NCBI GenBank assembly: GCA_000004695.1
Contig: CM000150.2
Span: forward strand, 1,536,001-1,600,000
DNA: 64,000 bases
Reading direction: 5' to 3'
Source of the DNA: Dictyostelium discoideum
Taxonomy: Eukaryota
Part shown: positions 28,497-41,149 of the stretch, piece by piece
How positions within the stretch are numbered: position 1 is the first letter of the stretch
Layout: every line of letters starts with the position of its first letter
Made by a program: the position numbers and the translations under genes
Notes under the pieces: model-generated
The model's input: only the letters and a program-made list of their open reading frames with translations
What the model was told of the DNA's origin: nothing
Databases searched by the model: none

Positions 28497-31400
28497 GTAG
28501 TAACAATAATAGTGGTACAAATAGTTTAAGTAGTACACCAAATGGTACAGGTAAATCAAAAAAGAAATTAACTCATTTAACAATTTCAAGATCATTATTT
28601 CGTGGTAATTCATCAAATTTAGAGAGTGAAAAAGAAGATTTTATAAATAAAAAACAACAACAACAACAGCAACAGCAACAACAACAACAACAACAGCAAC
28701 AGCAACAACAACAACAACAACAGCAACAACAACAACAACAACAACAGCAACAACAACTTGGATCAACAGCATCACCATCAACAGCATCACCAATAACAAG
28801 TCATATTACAGTGAATAGTACAGTTTTAGACTTTGAAGATGATATACAGAAAATGCAATTAGGTTTAGAGGCATTATCAAATTTAGAGACGAGTATTGGT
28901 AGTAATAATAGCGGTGGTGGTGATAGTATGAATGGTAGTGGTGGTAATATTAATAATAGTGGTGGTAGTGGTAGTGGTTGTGGTACTATTAGTGGTAGCA
29001 CTACAAAACAAAGAAGAGGTAGTGTTTTCTTACCACCAACAAATGCATTTAAATTATCACCAAATGTGGTTAGTTCAAGTTATAATACATTACCAGCATC
29101 TGTAATGAGTGGTTTATTACAGCAACAGAATCTTGAGAATGGTGGTGTTGGTAGTGGATCAGGATCAGGCTCACCAATAATTAGTGCAAATAGTATATGT
29201 AATAGTAATAGTAGTAGTAGTAATTCATTATTAAAACCTCCAATTATCAATACAACCAATTTAAGTACATCACCAAATTTATTAAGTCAATCTTCAACAA
29301 GTTTTTTAAATTTACCACCATTAAATCAATCTTCAACAAATTCATTTTTACCACCACAACACCAACACCACCACCACCATTCAAATTTATCACAATCATT
29401 ATCAATTAATAATTTAGCACATCGTTTACCAACTTCATTATCATCATCATCACTATCATCAAATAATACCTATGATAGTTTACAATTCCAACAACAACAA
29501 CAACACCATCACCACAATCATAATAATCATCAAAATTCAAATCAACCATTAGCAACAATTGTACCATCATTTTCAAAATTTAAAAACTCATTTGATCAAT
29601 TATTAGAAGAACAAGATTTTAGTAAAAAGAAAAGAGAAACACTTCAAAAATTATCAAAAGAACAAAAATGGAATTTATTACTTCAATATAGAAATTCAAC
29701 TTTAAATATGTTAAATATGAAAGAGCATTCAAATAATAGTAATAATAATCAATCAATTAAAAATTCAACTATAATAGCATCAACAACAACAACAACAACA
29801 ACAAATGGTGAATCATTGGATGGTTCATCAATTCAACAACAAATTACAAAAAATTCAAATTTTCAATCATCAAGATTTTATATTGATAATTTAACAAGTA
29901 AAACAGATATTTCATTAGTAAAAGAAGTTCATGACTTTTTAAAAGAAAGTGGACCAGAGGTATCAATATTTATTGGTATGGGTGGTATTGAAAGTTTATT
30001 AGGAATTTTACAATTTAATTTAGATAATGCGCAATTACAATTTGATGAAGAAAAAGTTGGTTATTGTTTATTATGTTTAAAGATATTGGTTGAATGTACA
30101 GCGAAATCAGTGATTACAACTAATAACTCATTGAATTTAGTTACCATGTTTTTGACATCTGCAAGTAAATATATCATTGATATCATCATTGATATCTATG
30201 ATGAACTGCTAAGATTACAAGTTATTGGTGTTAGTGTTGTATTGGATTCATTAATTAATTTTCAAAAAGTGAAAGGATTGAGTTCACCTTACGTACCATT
30301 GGTTGCATTACTAAGAAATCCAATCATTGAAATGCCAACTAAAACAACGGTTTTCAAAATTATCAACTTTTTAATCTACTCATTTAGTGTGCTTGAAGAG
30401 AGATTCTCTGTAATTTGCTCACTATTAAAAGTTGGTATTTTAGAAGTGATTGGTATGTTTAGAGCACTACCTCATACATCATATAGTTTAAGATTTGAAT
30501 TGGATCTATTCGAAGAGGTATTGGATAGTGATGAGAGTGAATTGGTAAAGAAAATCGGTAGAAAAGAGGTGTTAAAGAGAATGAGTAATGAAGATAATGA
30601 TCTCTCTAAACAATCATCAAAACAATCAATGGATTTCGTTAGGGTTGTAATGGTTTCTGCGGGTTATGGTGATTTAAAGATTGATTTAGATGAGAGAACT
30701 TCCTATGCCAATGTTATAGATTTCATTCAATCAAATTATCAAATCAAGTATAGCATTGATAGATATGGTTTATTCGTACCTGCAATTGGGTCATTGGTAT
30801 TGGATGGTTCAATTTTACAATCATCAGGCTCACAATCACGTTGGGTTGATCCAAGTAAATCATTGATTGACAATGGACTAAGCAATGAAATCGTTGAATT
30901 CAAAATGAAACCAATGCAAATTCAAGTACTTCAATCAGTGGTGGTGGTGGTGGCTACCAATCATCAAAAGGAAGATATTATTAAAGAGTTTACAATTGAT
31001 CCACAATTGAAATGTTTTGAAATCGTTCAATATCTTCGTACAAGATTAGATAGTTCTTCACCAGCTTTTCAAAGAAAGATTTCAGTTCTAACAGAGGATG
31101 AAGATGAAGATTATGAATCAGACATCTATGGCGTCTATTGTTTTAGTAGTTTAGAAAGTTATGATCAAGGTAGTTGGTATCCATTGAATTCCAGATTCTT
31201 GGATTTCAATCCAACCAATACTCCAACCATTATTGATGTTAAACTTATGGAAAGACCCCTACGTGTACTATTTAGTGGTACTGAAAAGCTAATGAAATTC
31301 AATCCATACGTACCGGTTTCAGAGTTAATCAAAGAGATAAAGAATGAAATTCATTTGAAAATTAATATCGAAGATTATGGTATCTCTTATGTACCAAATG

Positions 31401-33010
31401 TTTCAAGTTCAAATCTATCATCATTAATCATAGAGGAGACATGGTTAGATCCAACCAAAACACTATTGGATCATAATGATATGAAATGTTCAGTTGTACA
31501 ATTTAAATTTAAACCACGTACTGTATCAGTTATGGTATTGGTTGAAAGTGGTATTGAAATACCAACCACTGACACTCCTTATCAATTTGTAAATACTAAT
31601 TCAATCTCTGAAATCATTGAAAAGATTTGTACACCACATCAATTGAATCCTCTATCACATTCACTCTATATTTCCGATTGTCAAGGTCAGAAAATTAAAC
31701 TATTATCACGTCAAAATTGTTTACGTGATCAACAAGTTAACAATGGTGATCATTTAATAATAACTTCAAAACAAAAGGATCTTCCATCAGATTTCAATGT
31801 TTGGGATGAACCAAACGATTCAAGTGAAACCATTACCTATTCAAAGGATCGTAGAGTTTCTTCTGTAACCTTAAATAAATTAATTGAAAAGTTAACATCA
31901 CCAGAGTATACTCAAGATAGTGAAATGAAAACTATATTCCTAAGTTCCTATCGTTCAATTATAACACCATCGGTGCTATTAAGTAAACTTATGGAAAGAC
32001 ATACAATACCAACATTGGTCGATAAAGAAAGGGGTAAATTAATTCAAAGAAAAACTAGACTCTTAATTAAATCTTGGTTAGAATTGGAAACTACAAAAAA
32101 TCGTGAAGAAGTTATAACTTTATTAGTTCAAAATATGCCTGCTCAATCGATTGAAGATGATGGTTTAAAAGAGTTGACCGAACTATTTGTAGATTTATCA
32201 ACAAAATCTTACTCTTCAATACTTCCAATTGTAATTGGTGAATTACCAAAATGTAAAATCCCAAAAATCATTGACTCCTATGTAACATTTGCCGATATGG
32301 ATGAGATTGAAATAGCAAGACAATTATCACTCCTCACATTCCCTTTATATTCTAGAATTGAAACTTCGGAACTTTTAAATCAACGTTGGTCAAAACCAGG
32401 TGGTGGTCCAAATATTATGTCTGTCGTTGGTTTATTTAATAAAATTTCAAATTGGGTTTCATTTACAATTGTTAATCAACCAAAACTTAGAGATAGAGCC
32501 GTTGTCTATGGTAAAATGGTTAAAATTGCCAATGCTTTCTATGAACTTCGTAATTATCATCTCTTAATGGCAATTATTTCCGGTTTAAATGCTTCTCCTG
32601 TACTTAGATTAAAATATACCAAAGGTAAACTTTCAAAAAATCTTAAAGATAATCTTGATACCTTGGAAGAGTTAATGTCAACTCAATCCTCAATGAAAAA
32701 TTATAGAGCAGATTTAGCTGCTGCTAGTCCTCCAGCAATTCCATTTATGGGCTTTCATTTATCTGATCTAGTTTTCATCGATGAAGGTAATCAACAATTA
32801 TGTGACTCTAGAATTAATTTCAAAAAATTGGAAATGTATAAAAAAACAATTGCAACACTTCAAAATTTCTCACTTTTCCCTTATCAATTCACTCCTGTTC
32901 CAATCATTCAAAATTACTTTTTAGATTATAAAATTGTTGCTGATAAACCGATTTATGAAATGAGTTTATCTGCTGAACCAAGAAATGCTGAAAGATATGA
33001 TATTCAATAA
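27062..33010 (+). CDS. Leucine-rich-repeat Ras guanine-nucleotide exchange factor (1,982 aa): N-myristoylation motif, ~14 LRRs, poly-Q/poly-N linker, three ubiquitin-fold (RA/UBL-like) modules, REM domain, CDC25-homology RasGEF domain
   Basis: MGNINS start fits the myristoylation consensus. The LRR consensus LxxLxLxxNxLxxLP repeats from about residue 60 to 390. (CAA)n encodes a ~45-Q tract. Three 80-90-aa segments share a beta-grasp-like pattern (VRVVMVSAGYGDLKIDLDE..., LRVLFSGTEKLMKFNPYVPVSELIKEI..., VSVMVLVESGIEIPTTDTPYQFVN...). The REM-like segment is SVTLNKLIEKLTSPEYTQDSEMKTIFLSSYRSIITPSVLLSKLMERH. The catalytic core is SLLTFPLYSRIETSELLNQRW...NFKKLEMYKKTIATLQNFSLFPYQF. Confidence 0.85.
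28653..28756 (+). repeat. (CAA/CAG)n trinucleotide repeat encoding ~45 consecutive Gln
   Basis: caacaacaacagcaacag... seen directly, in frame in the RasGEF gene. Confidence 0.9.
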
Positions 33011-33278
33011 ATAAATTTTTTTTAAAAAGAAAAAAAAAAAAAAAAACCTATTACATATGTAAAGTGTATAAATTACAAATTCCAAAAGAAAAAAAAAAAA
33101 ATTAAATAAAAAATAAAGTGTACAAATTTTAAAAAAAAAAAAATTATATGTTTATATTTTATTTTTTTTAAAAATTATTACAATATTTATTTTTAACAAA
33201 TTAATCAATTAATCTTTTTTTTTTTTTTTTTTTTTTTAATTTAATAATGAAAACTATAAATTTTAAATATTTAAAATT

Positions 33279-34869
33279 TTAATGAGAAGTAACTTTTGAA
33301 TATCTTTTAGTGGTAGCAGACGAATAACTATCCTGAGAACGAACTTTAGCTGGTGGTCTACCATCGATTGGGACATAGTTTCTAAACCATTCACCTTTGT
33401 AAACTTGACGTGGACGATAGATTTTAGTTTCTGGATCTTCTAAATGTTCTACCCAATGAGCTAACCAACCAACGGCACGTGGAATAGTGAATAAAACTGG
33501 GAACATATCAGTTGGGAAACCCATTGCTTTATAGATGAGACCAGAGTAGAAATCAACATTTGGATAAAGTTTTCTGCTTACAAAGTATTCATCTTCCAAG
33601 GCTTGTTTCTCCAACTCAGTGGCTACTTCAATCAATGGTTCTTTACCTAAACTTTCGAAAACTTCATAAGCTACTCTACGAATGATCTTGGCTCTTGGAT
33701 CATAGTTTTTGTAGATTCTATGACCGAAACCCATTAATTTCTTCTTTTTGCTCTTTACATCTGAAATGAATTGTGGAATATTCTCTTTGGAACCGATATG
33801 AATTAACATATCCAATACGGCCTCATTGGCACCACCATGAGATGGACCATATAATGCACCAGCGGCACCAGCAACACTTGTGTATGGATCGGTACCTGAT
33901 GATGAAATATGTCTCATTGCAGCGGTTGAACAATTTAATTCATGATCTGCATGAAGAATGAATAAAATTTCCAATGCACGACATAAAACTGGATTTGGTT
34001 TATAGTCTGGTTCTGATAATTTATCCAACATATACAAGAAATTCTCTGTATAACCTAAATGATTCACTGGTGTATTATATGGACGACCAATACGATGTCT
34101 CCATGCACATGCTGCAATTGTTGGTAATTTACCAACAATTCTATAAATTTGTTTATTTCTAACATTTTCACTTTTAAAAATATCTCCACCCTTTAAAAAA
34201 AAAAAAAAACAATAATAATAATAATAAATTAATAATTAGAATCTTTTAAATAAAATAATTATTTTTCTTTTTAATTTTGTATTAATACATACAGCTAAAG
34301 CAGGATTTGCTTCTGGATAAAAAGTACCTAAAGCTGCAACAGTACTAATTAACATACCCATTGGATGAGCATCATATCTAAATGTTTTCATAAGACCAAC
34401 CAAATTTTCATGAAGAAAAGTATGAGTCATAATTTTATTACTCCAACCATCTAATTGTGATTTATTTGGTAAGTTACCATTGATTAAAAGATAAGCAACC
34501 TCTAAAAAGTTTGATCTTTCTGCTAATTCTTCAATTGGATAACCTCTGTATCTTAAAATTCCTTTATCACCATCAATATATGTAATGTATGATGTTACAA
34601 CTGCTGTATTTTGGAAACCTGGATCATAAATCCTTTAAAAAAAAAAATAAATAAAAAAAAATAAAAAATAAAAAATAAAATAATTAGTAACTTGAATCTA
34701 AAGTAATATTTGAAAAAGAGAAAAAAAAAAAAAAACTTACATTAAACCACCATCACCTTTGGCTAATTGTAATTCTTTAAAGTTTAAAGCATTAATAGTG
34801 TCATTTTTAATTTTGAAATCATAGCTTTTACCATTTCTATTATCTGTAACTGTAACTGTCTCTTTTCTT

Positions 34870-34913
<44 letters not shown>

Positions 34914-35100
34914 GGAATAATCAATAATATAATTGATAAAATGTTAGTATATATGAAATTAAATAAAAATTATATAATTAAATTTTAATATGAACTTACT
35001 TTTTATCAGCAGAAACTGGTGAAGTTAATAATTCATTTTCTTCTTCTTCTTCCTTTGAAAGATGATTGGCAAGTATATTAATACGATCAATATGTGCCAT
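33279..35100 (-). CDS. cshA: Peroxisomal/glyoxysomal-type citrate synthase with N-terminal PTS2, 4 exons (35100..35000, 34866..34741, 34632..34293, 34190..33279; ~492 aa)
   Basis: Exon 1 encodes [33 protein letters not shown]; RINILANHL fits the PTS2 consensus R[LI]x5HL. Donors are GTAAGT (after 35000 and 34741) and GTATGT (after 34293). Acceptors are aataaag, ttttaaag and tttttaaag. Splice phases are 2, 2 and 0, and all are frame-consistent. The translation is typical citrate synthase ([39 protein letters not shown]..., [45 protein letters not shown]). The gene symbol is a recollection and was not checked. Confidence 0.85.
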
Positions 35101-35701
35101 ATTAAAAATATATATTTATAAAATAATAAATATAAATTATGTATTCAAATATATAAAATTATAAATAAAATAATAAAATAAAAAAATAAAATAGATTGAA
35201 GAAAAAAAAAAAAAAAAAAATAAATAATTGAAAAAAAAAATTAAAAAAAAATAATAAAAAAAATTTAAATTGTATACACAGGGGTGAATTTATTTTTTTT
35301 TTGTTTTTTTTTTTTTTTTCATATTTTTTTTTTTTAATAAAAATTAATTTTTATTCAATTTAATTGAAAATTTCAAAAAACCATAATGTCATAAATCTCC
35401 ATTTTTGGTTGATGCTATGGACATAAATGAATTGTTTTTAATTTTTTTAAGTAAATCATAGTGTTATGAAATTTCATATTAAGATAAATAGAGAAAGATT
35501 TTTATGATTTTAAATTAAAAAAAGTAAAATTTACAATGGAATGATTTTGGTGATTAAATTTTATTTTTTAGAAAAAAAAAAATAAAAAATAAAAAAAAAA
35601 AATAAAAATAAAAAAAAAAGAATAAAAAAATCAATGTTTCTATTGGTATCCAGATTTTTCTTTTTTTCTTTTTTTTTTTTATTATTTTTTTTTATTTTCC
35701 C

Positions 35702-35732
<31 letters not shown>

Positions 35733-36844
35733 TTGTAAAAGGTTTATAAAGATAAAAATGGGAAATAAAGATAGGTTTGGGATTAGGAAATTTTATTTGG
35801 AATTTTGGTAAAAGGAAGAATTTGAAATAAAAAAAAATAAAAAAAAAAAATAAAAAAATTATTTCTGATCCAAAAAAAAAAAAAAAATAATAAAAAAAAA
35901 AAAATTAAAATATTAATATTTTAAAAAAATACATAAATAAATTTATTGGGGTTTGGGAAAAAGATATTTTTTTTTTGGGATTTTGGTAAAAGAAAAAAAA
36001 AAAATTTTAAAAATAAAATATAATTTTTTTTTTTTTTTTTTTTTAATTTTATTATCCTATTATTTTATTTTTTTTTTTTATGATTATTTGATCTTACCTT
36101 TGGTGAATGATTTTGGTATTATTTGAATATTATTAAATATTACAAATTCAAAAAAAAAAAAAAAGACTGTGTTTCACCTTTTAAAACTTGTGCTAAAATT
36201 AGAACATATGGAAATGAAATTCAATTTTTGGTTATTATTTATTCTTAAAATTTTTTTTAAGAATTTAATTTTCATAAGGATTACCAAACACCAATTTTTT
36301 TTGATTTGTTTTTTTTTTTTTTTTCTTTTCTTTTAATTTTATTTTTTTTTTTTATTGGTATTTGGAACAATAATATTATTATTAATGCCTTTTCGTTTTT
36401 TTTTTTATTTTTTTTAATTTTTTGTTTTTTTTTTTTTTTTTTGTGATTATTTTTCGAGCCGTTTTTTAAAAGAATCTTGGTGTGTCATAGTGAAATAATA
36501 TGAGGAGCCAATGTGTGCCCCAGATGATGATGGAAAAGTCGACTTCTTTTTTTTTTTATTTTTTTTTTAATTTTTGGAATTATAGAAATTATTTAACCGG
36601 TATGCCGAATGAGTTTTATATTTTTTATTGTGTAATGGCATCATAATTTTTTTATTTTTGAATAGAATTGATTTGAAAGATCATGCAAATGAAATTAAAA
36701 GGCGAGAAAAAAAAACTTTTTTAAAAAAAAAAAAAAAAACAATGTTTTGCATACCCCCCAACCCCTTATAATCGGTCATGAGACTAATTTTAATCCACCA
36801 ATTATCAATTTTATTTTTATAATTATTAAAATAAAAAATAAAAA

Positions 36845-36878
<34 letters not shown>

Positions 36879-37088
36879 ATATTTGTTTCTATAACCTTTT
36901 GCTAGCAAATTATAATTGTTTTTTTTTTTCTTTTTTTTATTTTTTTTTTTTATTTTATTTTTTAAATTTTTTAGATATATACAATAATTTGCATTGCAGC
37001 ACATTATTTTATTTTTAATATTATTTTTATTCATTTTTATACCATTGCATATTAAAATTAAATTATTTGTTTTTTTTTTTTATTTTAC

Positions 37089-37139
<51 letters not shown>

Positions 37140-38563
37140 CGAAAAAGAATAAACAAATATCTCTTTTTCTGTTTTTTTTTTTTTTTTTTTAATCACAAAC
37201 CTTTATATATACTCACAACGTTGTTAAAGTTAGAAACGAAAAACTCAAGCAAAAGCTCGTCTCACCTCTCGACTCCACTTGTTGGATTAGACTGCCTGAA
37301 GAAGAGTCTTTTTAAAAAGAAAGTCCTAGTTAGTTAGTCCTTAAGATTTGGATTATCCTTCTGCTGTGAAATTATTTGAAGGATATCTTGCTTATTATAA
37401 TTAACTTTCAAATTCCAACCTTTTTTTTTTTTTTACTGGATTAAATCAAACCCCAATCCAAGAAAAAAAAAAAAAAAAAAAAAATAATAATTATTTTTAA
37501 AAAAAAAGGAGGGAAAAGAAATCATCATCATTTCTTTGATCCATTACATCTTTAATTTTAAATATATATATATTTTTTTTTCAAAAATATATTAATCATC
37601 ACATTCAGTCTCAATTGATTGTGTTGTATTATCATTTTCAATTTTAATTATCAAATTAAAAATTGTATCAATTTAAACAAAAATACACACACACAATTCA
37701 TTGACTTTTTTTGTGTTTGATTAAATATCAATTTGGCCACTCCCCACCCCCTCAATTAGCCAATTCAAATTTATTCAGTTTTACTCATTAATTAATTGTG
37801 TGTAGTAGCTGCTTATAATTTTTGGGTATAATTTACACTTATACACTTAATTTACAACAATGCTATTTATGGCATTCAAATAATTAACTCTGTAACCCTT
37901 TTTTTTTTTTTTTTACTATTTATTTATAATTATTATTATTATCATTTTTTTTTTTTCATTTCCATTTTACACTTTTTTTTTTCTTCTCAAATTTTTTTTT
38001 TTTTTTTCTTCTATTTATAATTAATATAATTAAACATTTATTATATTAATTTTTTCTTTTTTTTTTTTTTTTATACAACGGATAGATTTCCCACCTCCTT
38101 TTTTTCATTTTTATAAATTCATTCACACATTCTAATTCACACACCTTTACATCTCACACACTAAATTCACACATTCACCCCCACCACCATTATATTCATA
38201 GACATATTTTGTTTTGTTTTTTTTTTTTTTTCTTTTTTCATTTAAATCACAATTGTTTTTTCGTAAAATATTTATAATTTACTCACATCACCCACACAGT
38301 TTTTGTATTATTTACAAATATTTCATTATTTTTTGTTTTTAATTACACATTTTGTTTTTTTTTTGTTTTTGTTTTTTTTTTTTTTTTAATTTATTTTAAA
38401 ATCAATTATATACCCTTTTAAATATATTTATTTATTTTTTATCAATTTATTTGCAATTGTATTGCGCCTATTTATTATTTTTTTTAAATCCATTTTTTTT
38501 TATTATTTTTTTTTTTTTTTTTTTTAAATTTTTATTCATACCAAATTAGTATTTTAAATCAAA

Positions 38564-38614
38564 ATGCAAGATACATTAATTACCGCTACAGTAAACAATT
38601 GCAACATTAACAAC

Positions 38615-38654
<40 letters not shown>

Positions 38655-39986
38655 GTAAAAATAGTAAAAATTTCAATACATCTGATTTATATAACTCTGT
38701 TTCAGATTATAAAGTTGAATCAATCACCGAATTTCAAATTAATCAAGTATGTATAATTTATTAATTTTTTTTTTTTTTTCTATTTTTAAATATTAATAAT
38801 ATTAATTTTTTTTTTTTTCTTTTTCTTTTATTTTAATTTATTATTATTTATTATTATTATTTATTTATTATTATTTTTTATTATTATTTTTTTTTTTTTT
38901 AAATAGATAAATATGGAACAACAATCAACTAAGAAACGAAGTGCATCTACACTATCAGCACCACCATCAACATCTTCATCAGGAGAAGAAGACAATATTA
39001 TAAATAAAAATAATAAAAATAATAATAATAATAATAATAGTACTAATAATAATAATTCATCAAAAAAGAAGAAAAGAATTTCAAATGTAATTATTTAAAA
39101 TTTATAAATAATCAAATATTATAATTTTATTAATCAACATGTTTTTTTTTTTTTTTTATTTTTATTTTTTTTTATTTTATTTTATTTTTTTTTTACATAG
39201 GAAACAAATGATGATGATAAACCAAAAAGACCAAGAAAGAATGAAGCAGTTTGTACTTTTTGTGAAAAGCCAGGTGAATTATTAATGTGTGATGGGTTAT
39301 GTTTAAGATCATTTCATATTAGTTGTTTAAAAGCCAGAAACTTATATAACCCAAGTTCATCATCAATATCACCAGTTACAACAATTGATGGAACAGTTCG
39401 TTGGGAGTGTAATGATTGTGTTAGTTCTCAAAATTCATGTTTTTCATGTAAAAAGAGAGGTATAATTGGAATTGATTTGATGAAATGTAAAGTTCACCAA
39501 TGTGGTAAATTTTATCATTATAAATGTGTTGCAGATTATAAACTTGCCAAACTTATTAATACTAAAACCCCACGTTTTAATTGTCCACTTCATTATTGCT
39601 CAGTTTGTGAAGTGTCTGGTGATGGTAAACAATCAGTACACTGTTTTAGATGTCCAACTGCCTATCACGTAATTTGTATGCAACCTGGTGTTAAAATGCT
39701 AACTAAAACTAGAGAAACTCGTAAAACTGGTTTAGTCTTATGTCCGAAACATATTGGTGAACAAAATCCACATGATCATGATCAAATCCATAATCATACC
39801 CACACCCACACCCATACCAGTCAATCAAATATCTCATCAACCTCATCTTCATCAGTACCTTCATTAATTATCTCATCAACTTCTGCCATTGGTAGTATAA
39901 ATACAAGTGGTGAAATTTTCCAATCATCACCACCATCATCATTAACTAGAAAATCATCAATTCCAACTAGTATTATCACGAAATCA

Positions 39987-40040
<54 letters not shown>

Positions 40041-40272
40041 TTAAATATTAATAATAATTTAAATATTAATAATAATAACAATAATAATAATAATTTTAAA
40101 CCAATTCAGAATAATATTGAATCAAATATTAATCCATTACATTATTTAATGTATTCAACATCACCAATCACATCACCAACAACTTTATCAATTCCAACAT
40201 CACCATTATCCTCACCATCATATTCACCAAATTATACAGCAAACTTTAAACCAAATTCTTTTGATGTTAATC

Positions 40273-40304
<32 letters not shown>

Positions 40305-40904
40305 CCAATCAAAATACCAAAATATATTAATAATTTTAATGCTATTAAAAATCAACAAAAATTATTAAATACCAATAATAATACCAATAATAATATTTAT
40401 AATAATATTAATAATAGTTATAATAGAAATAACCAAAATAACAATTTAAATATTAATAATATTAATAATAATAATAATAATAATAATGATGGTGAATATG
40501 ATGATTTATATGATGATATTTCTCAATATGCATCAAGTTTAATGTCAATTAAAGATCAAACAGTTTCAGTTTCCTCATTCTCATCACCATCCTCATCCTC
40601 ATCCTCATCAAGTAGAGAAAATTCATTCTCATCAAATATTAATAATATTAATAACAAAACTGATGAATCCACAATCATAATACCAGAATCATTTGAAAAA
40701 ATGCATAATAGTGATAGAGTAGCTTGCCTTAAGAAATCATTACAACAACAAATGCAGCAGCAACAACAACAACAACAACAAGAACAACTTGTTGTTCAAC
40801 CAAAAAAATTAGATGAAGGTAAATTAATTGAACAATTCTTTCAATTTTCCAAATCCAAAAACTTCCATAGCCAAAATTGTAAAAATTCTTTCACCCCATA
40901 TTAA
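38564..40904 (+). CDS. PHD-finger protein, 3 exons (38564..38746, 38907..39086, 39201..40904; ~689 aa), tandem PHD/extended-PHD Cys-His modules followed by long Asn/Ser/Gln low-complexity
   Basis: Donors are gtatgt at 38747 and gtaatt at 39087. Acceptors are aaatag (ends 38906) and ttttacatag (ends 39200). All splices are phase 0 with frame continuous into ORF 39285..40904. Exon 3 begins [42 protein letters not shown] (PHD), followed by a second Cys-rich zinc-finger block (WECNDCV...CFSCKKRG...[15 protein letters not shown]...CPLHYCSVC...[13 protein letters not shown]). Confidence 0.6.
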
Positions 40905-41149
40905 TTTATAAATTTATAAAAAAAATTAAAAAAATATTTATTTATATATATATATTTAAAAAATAATAATAATATTAATAATAAAAAAAAAAAAAAAAAA
41001 ATAAAGAAATAAAAATAATAAAGATAATCGAATTATGTATAAGAAAAATATAACTATATTTTACAATCTAAAAAAGTTATTTATTTATTTATTTAAATTT
41101 TTATTTGACCTGCTTGTTTGTTTTTCTTTTTTTTTTTTTTTTTGAATTT

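Noticed and set aside
36510-36545. Possible box C/D snoRNA (gatgatga C-box-like motif at ~36522)
   Set aside because: No CUGA D box or terminal stem within the expected 60-100 nt, so a snoRNA is not supported.
36681-37034. 117-aa minus ORF in the long intergenic interval
   Set aside because: It is poly-K/poly-F from homopolymer runs. The complex-sequence islands nearby are discussed as a finding instead.
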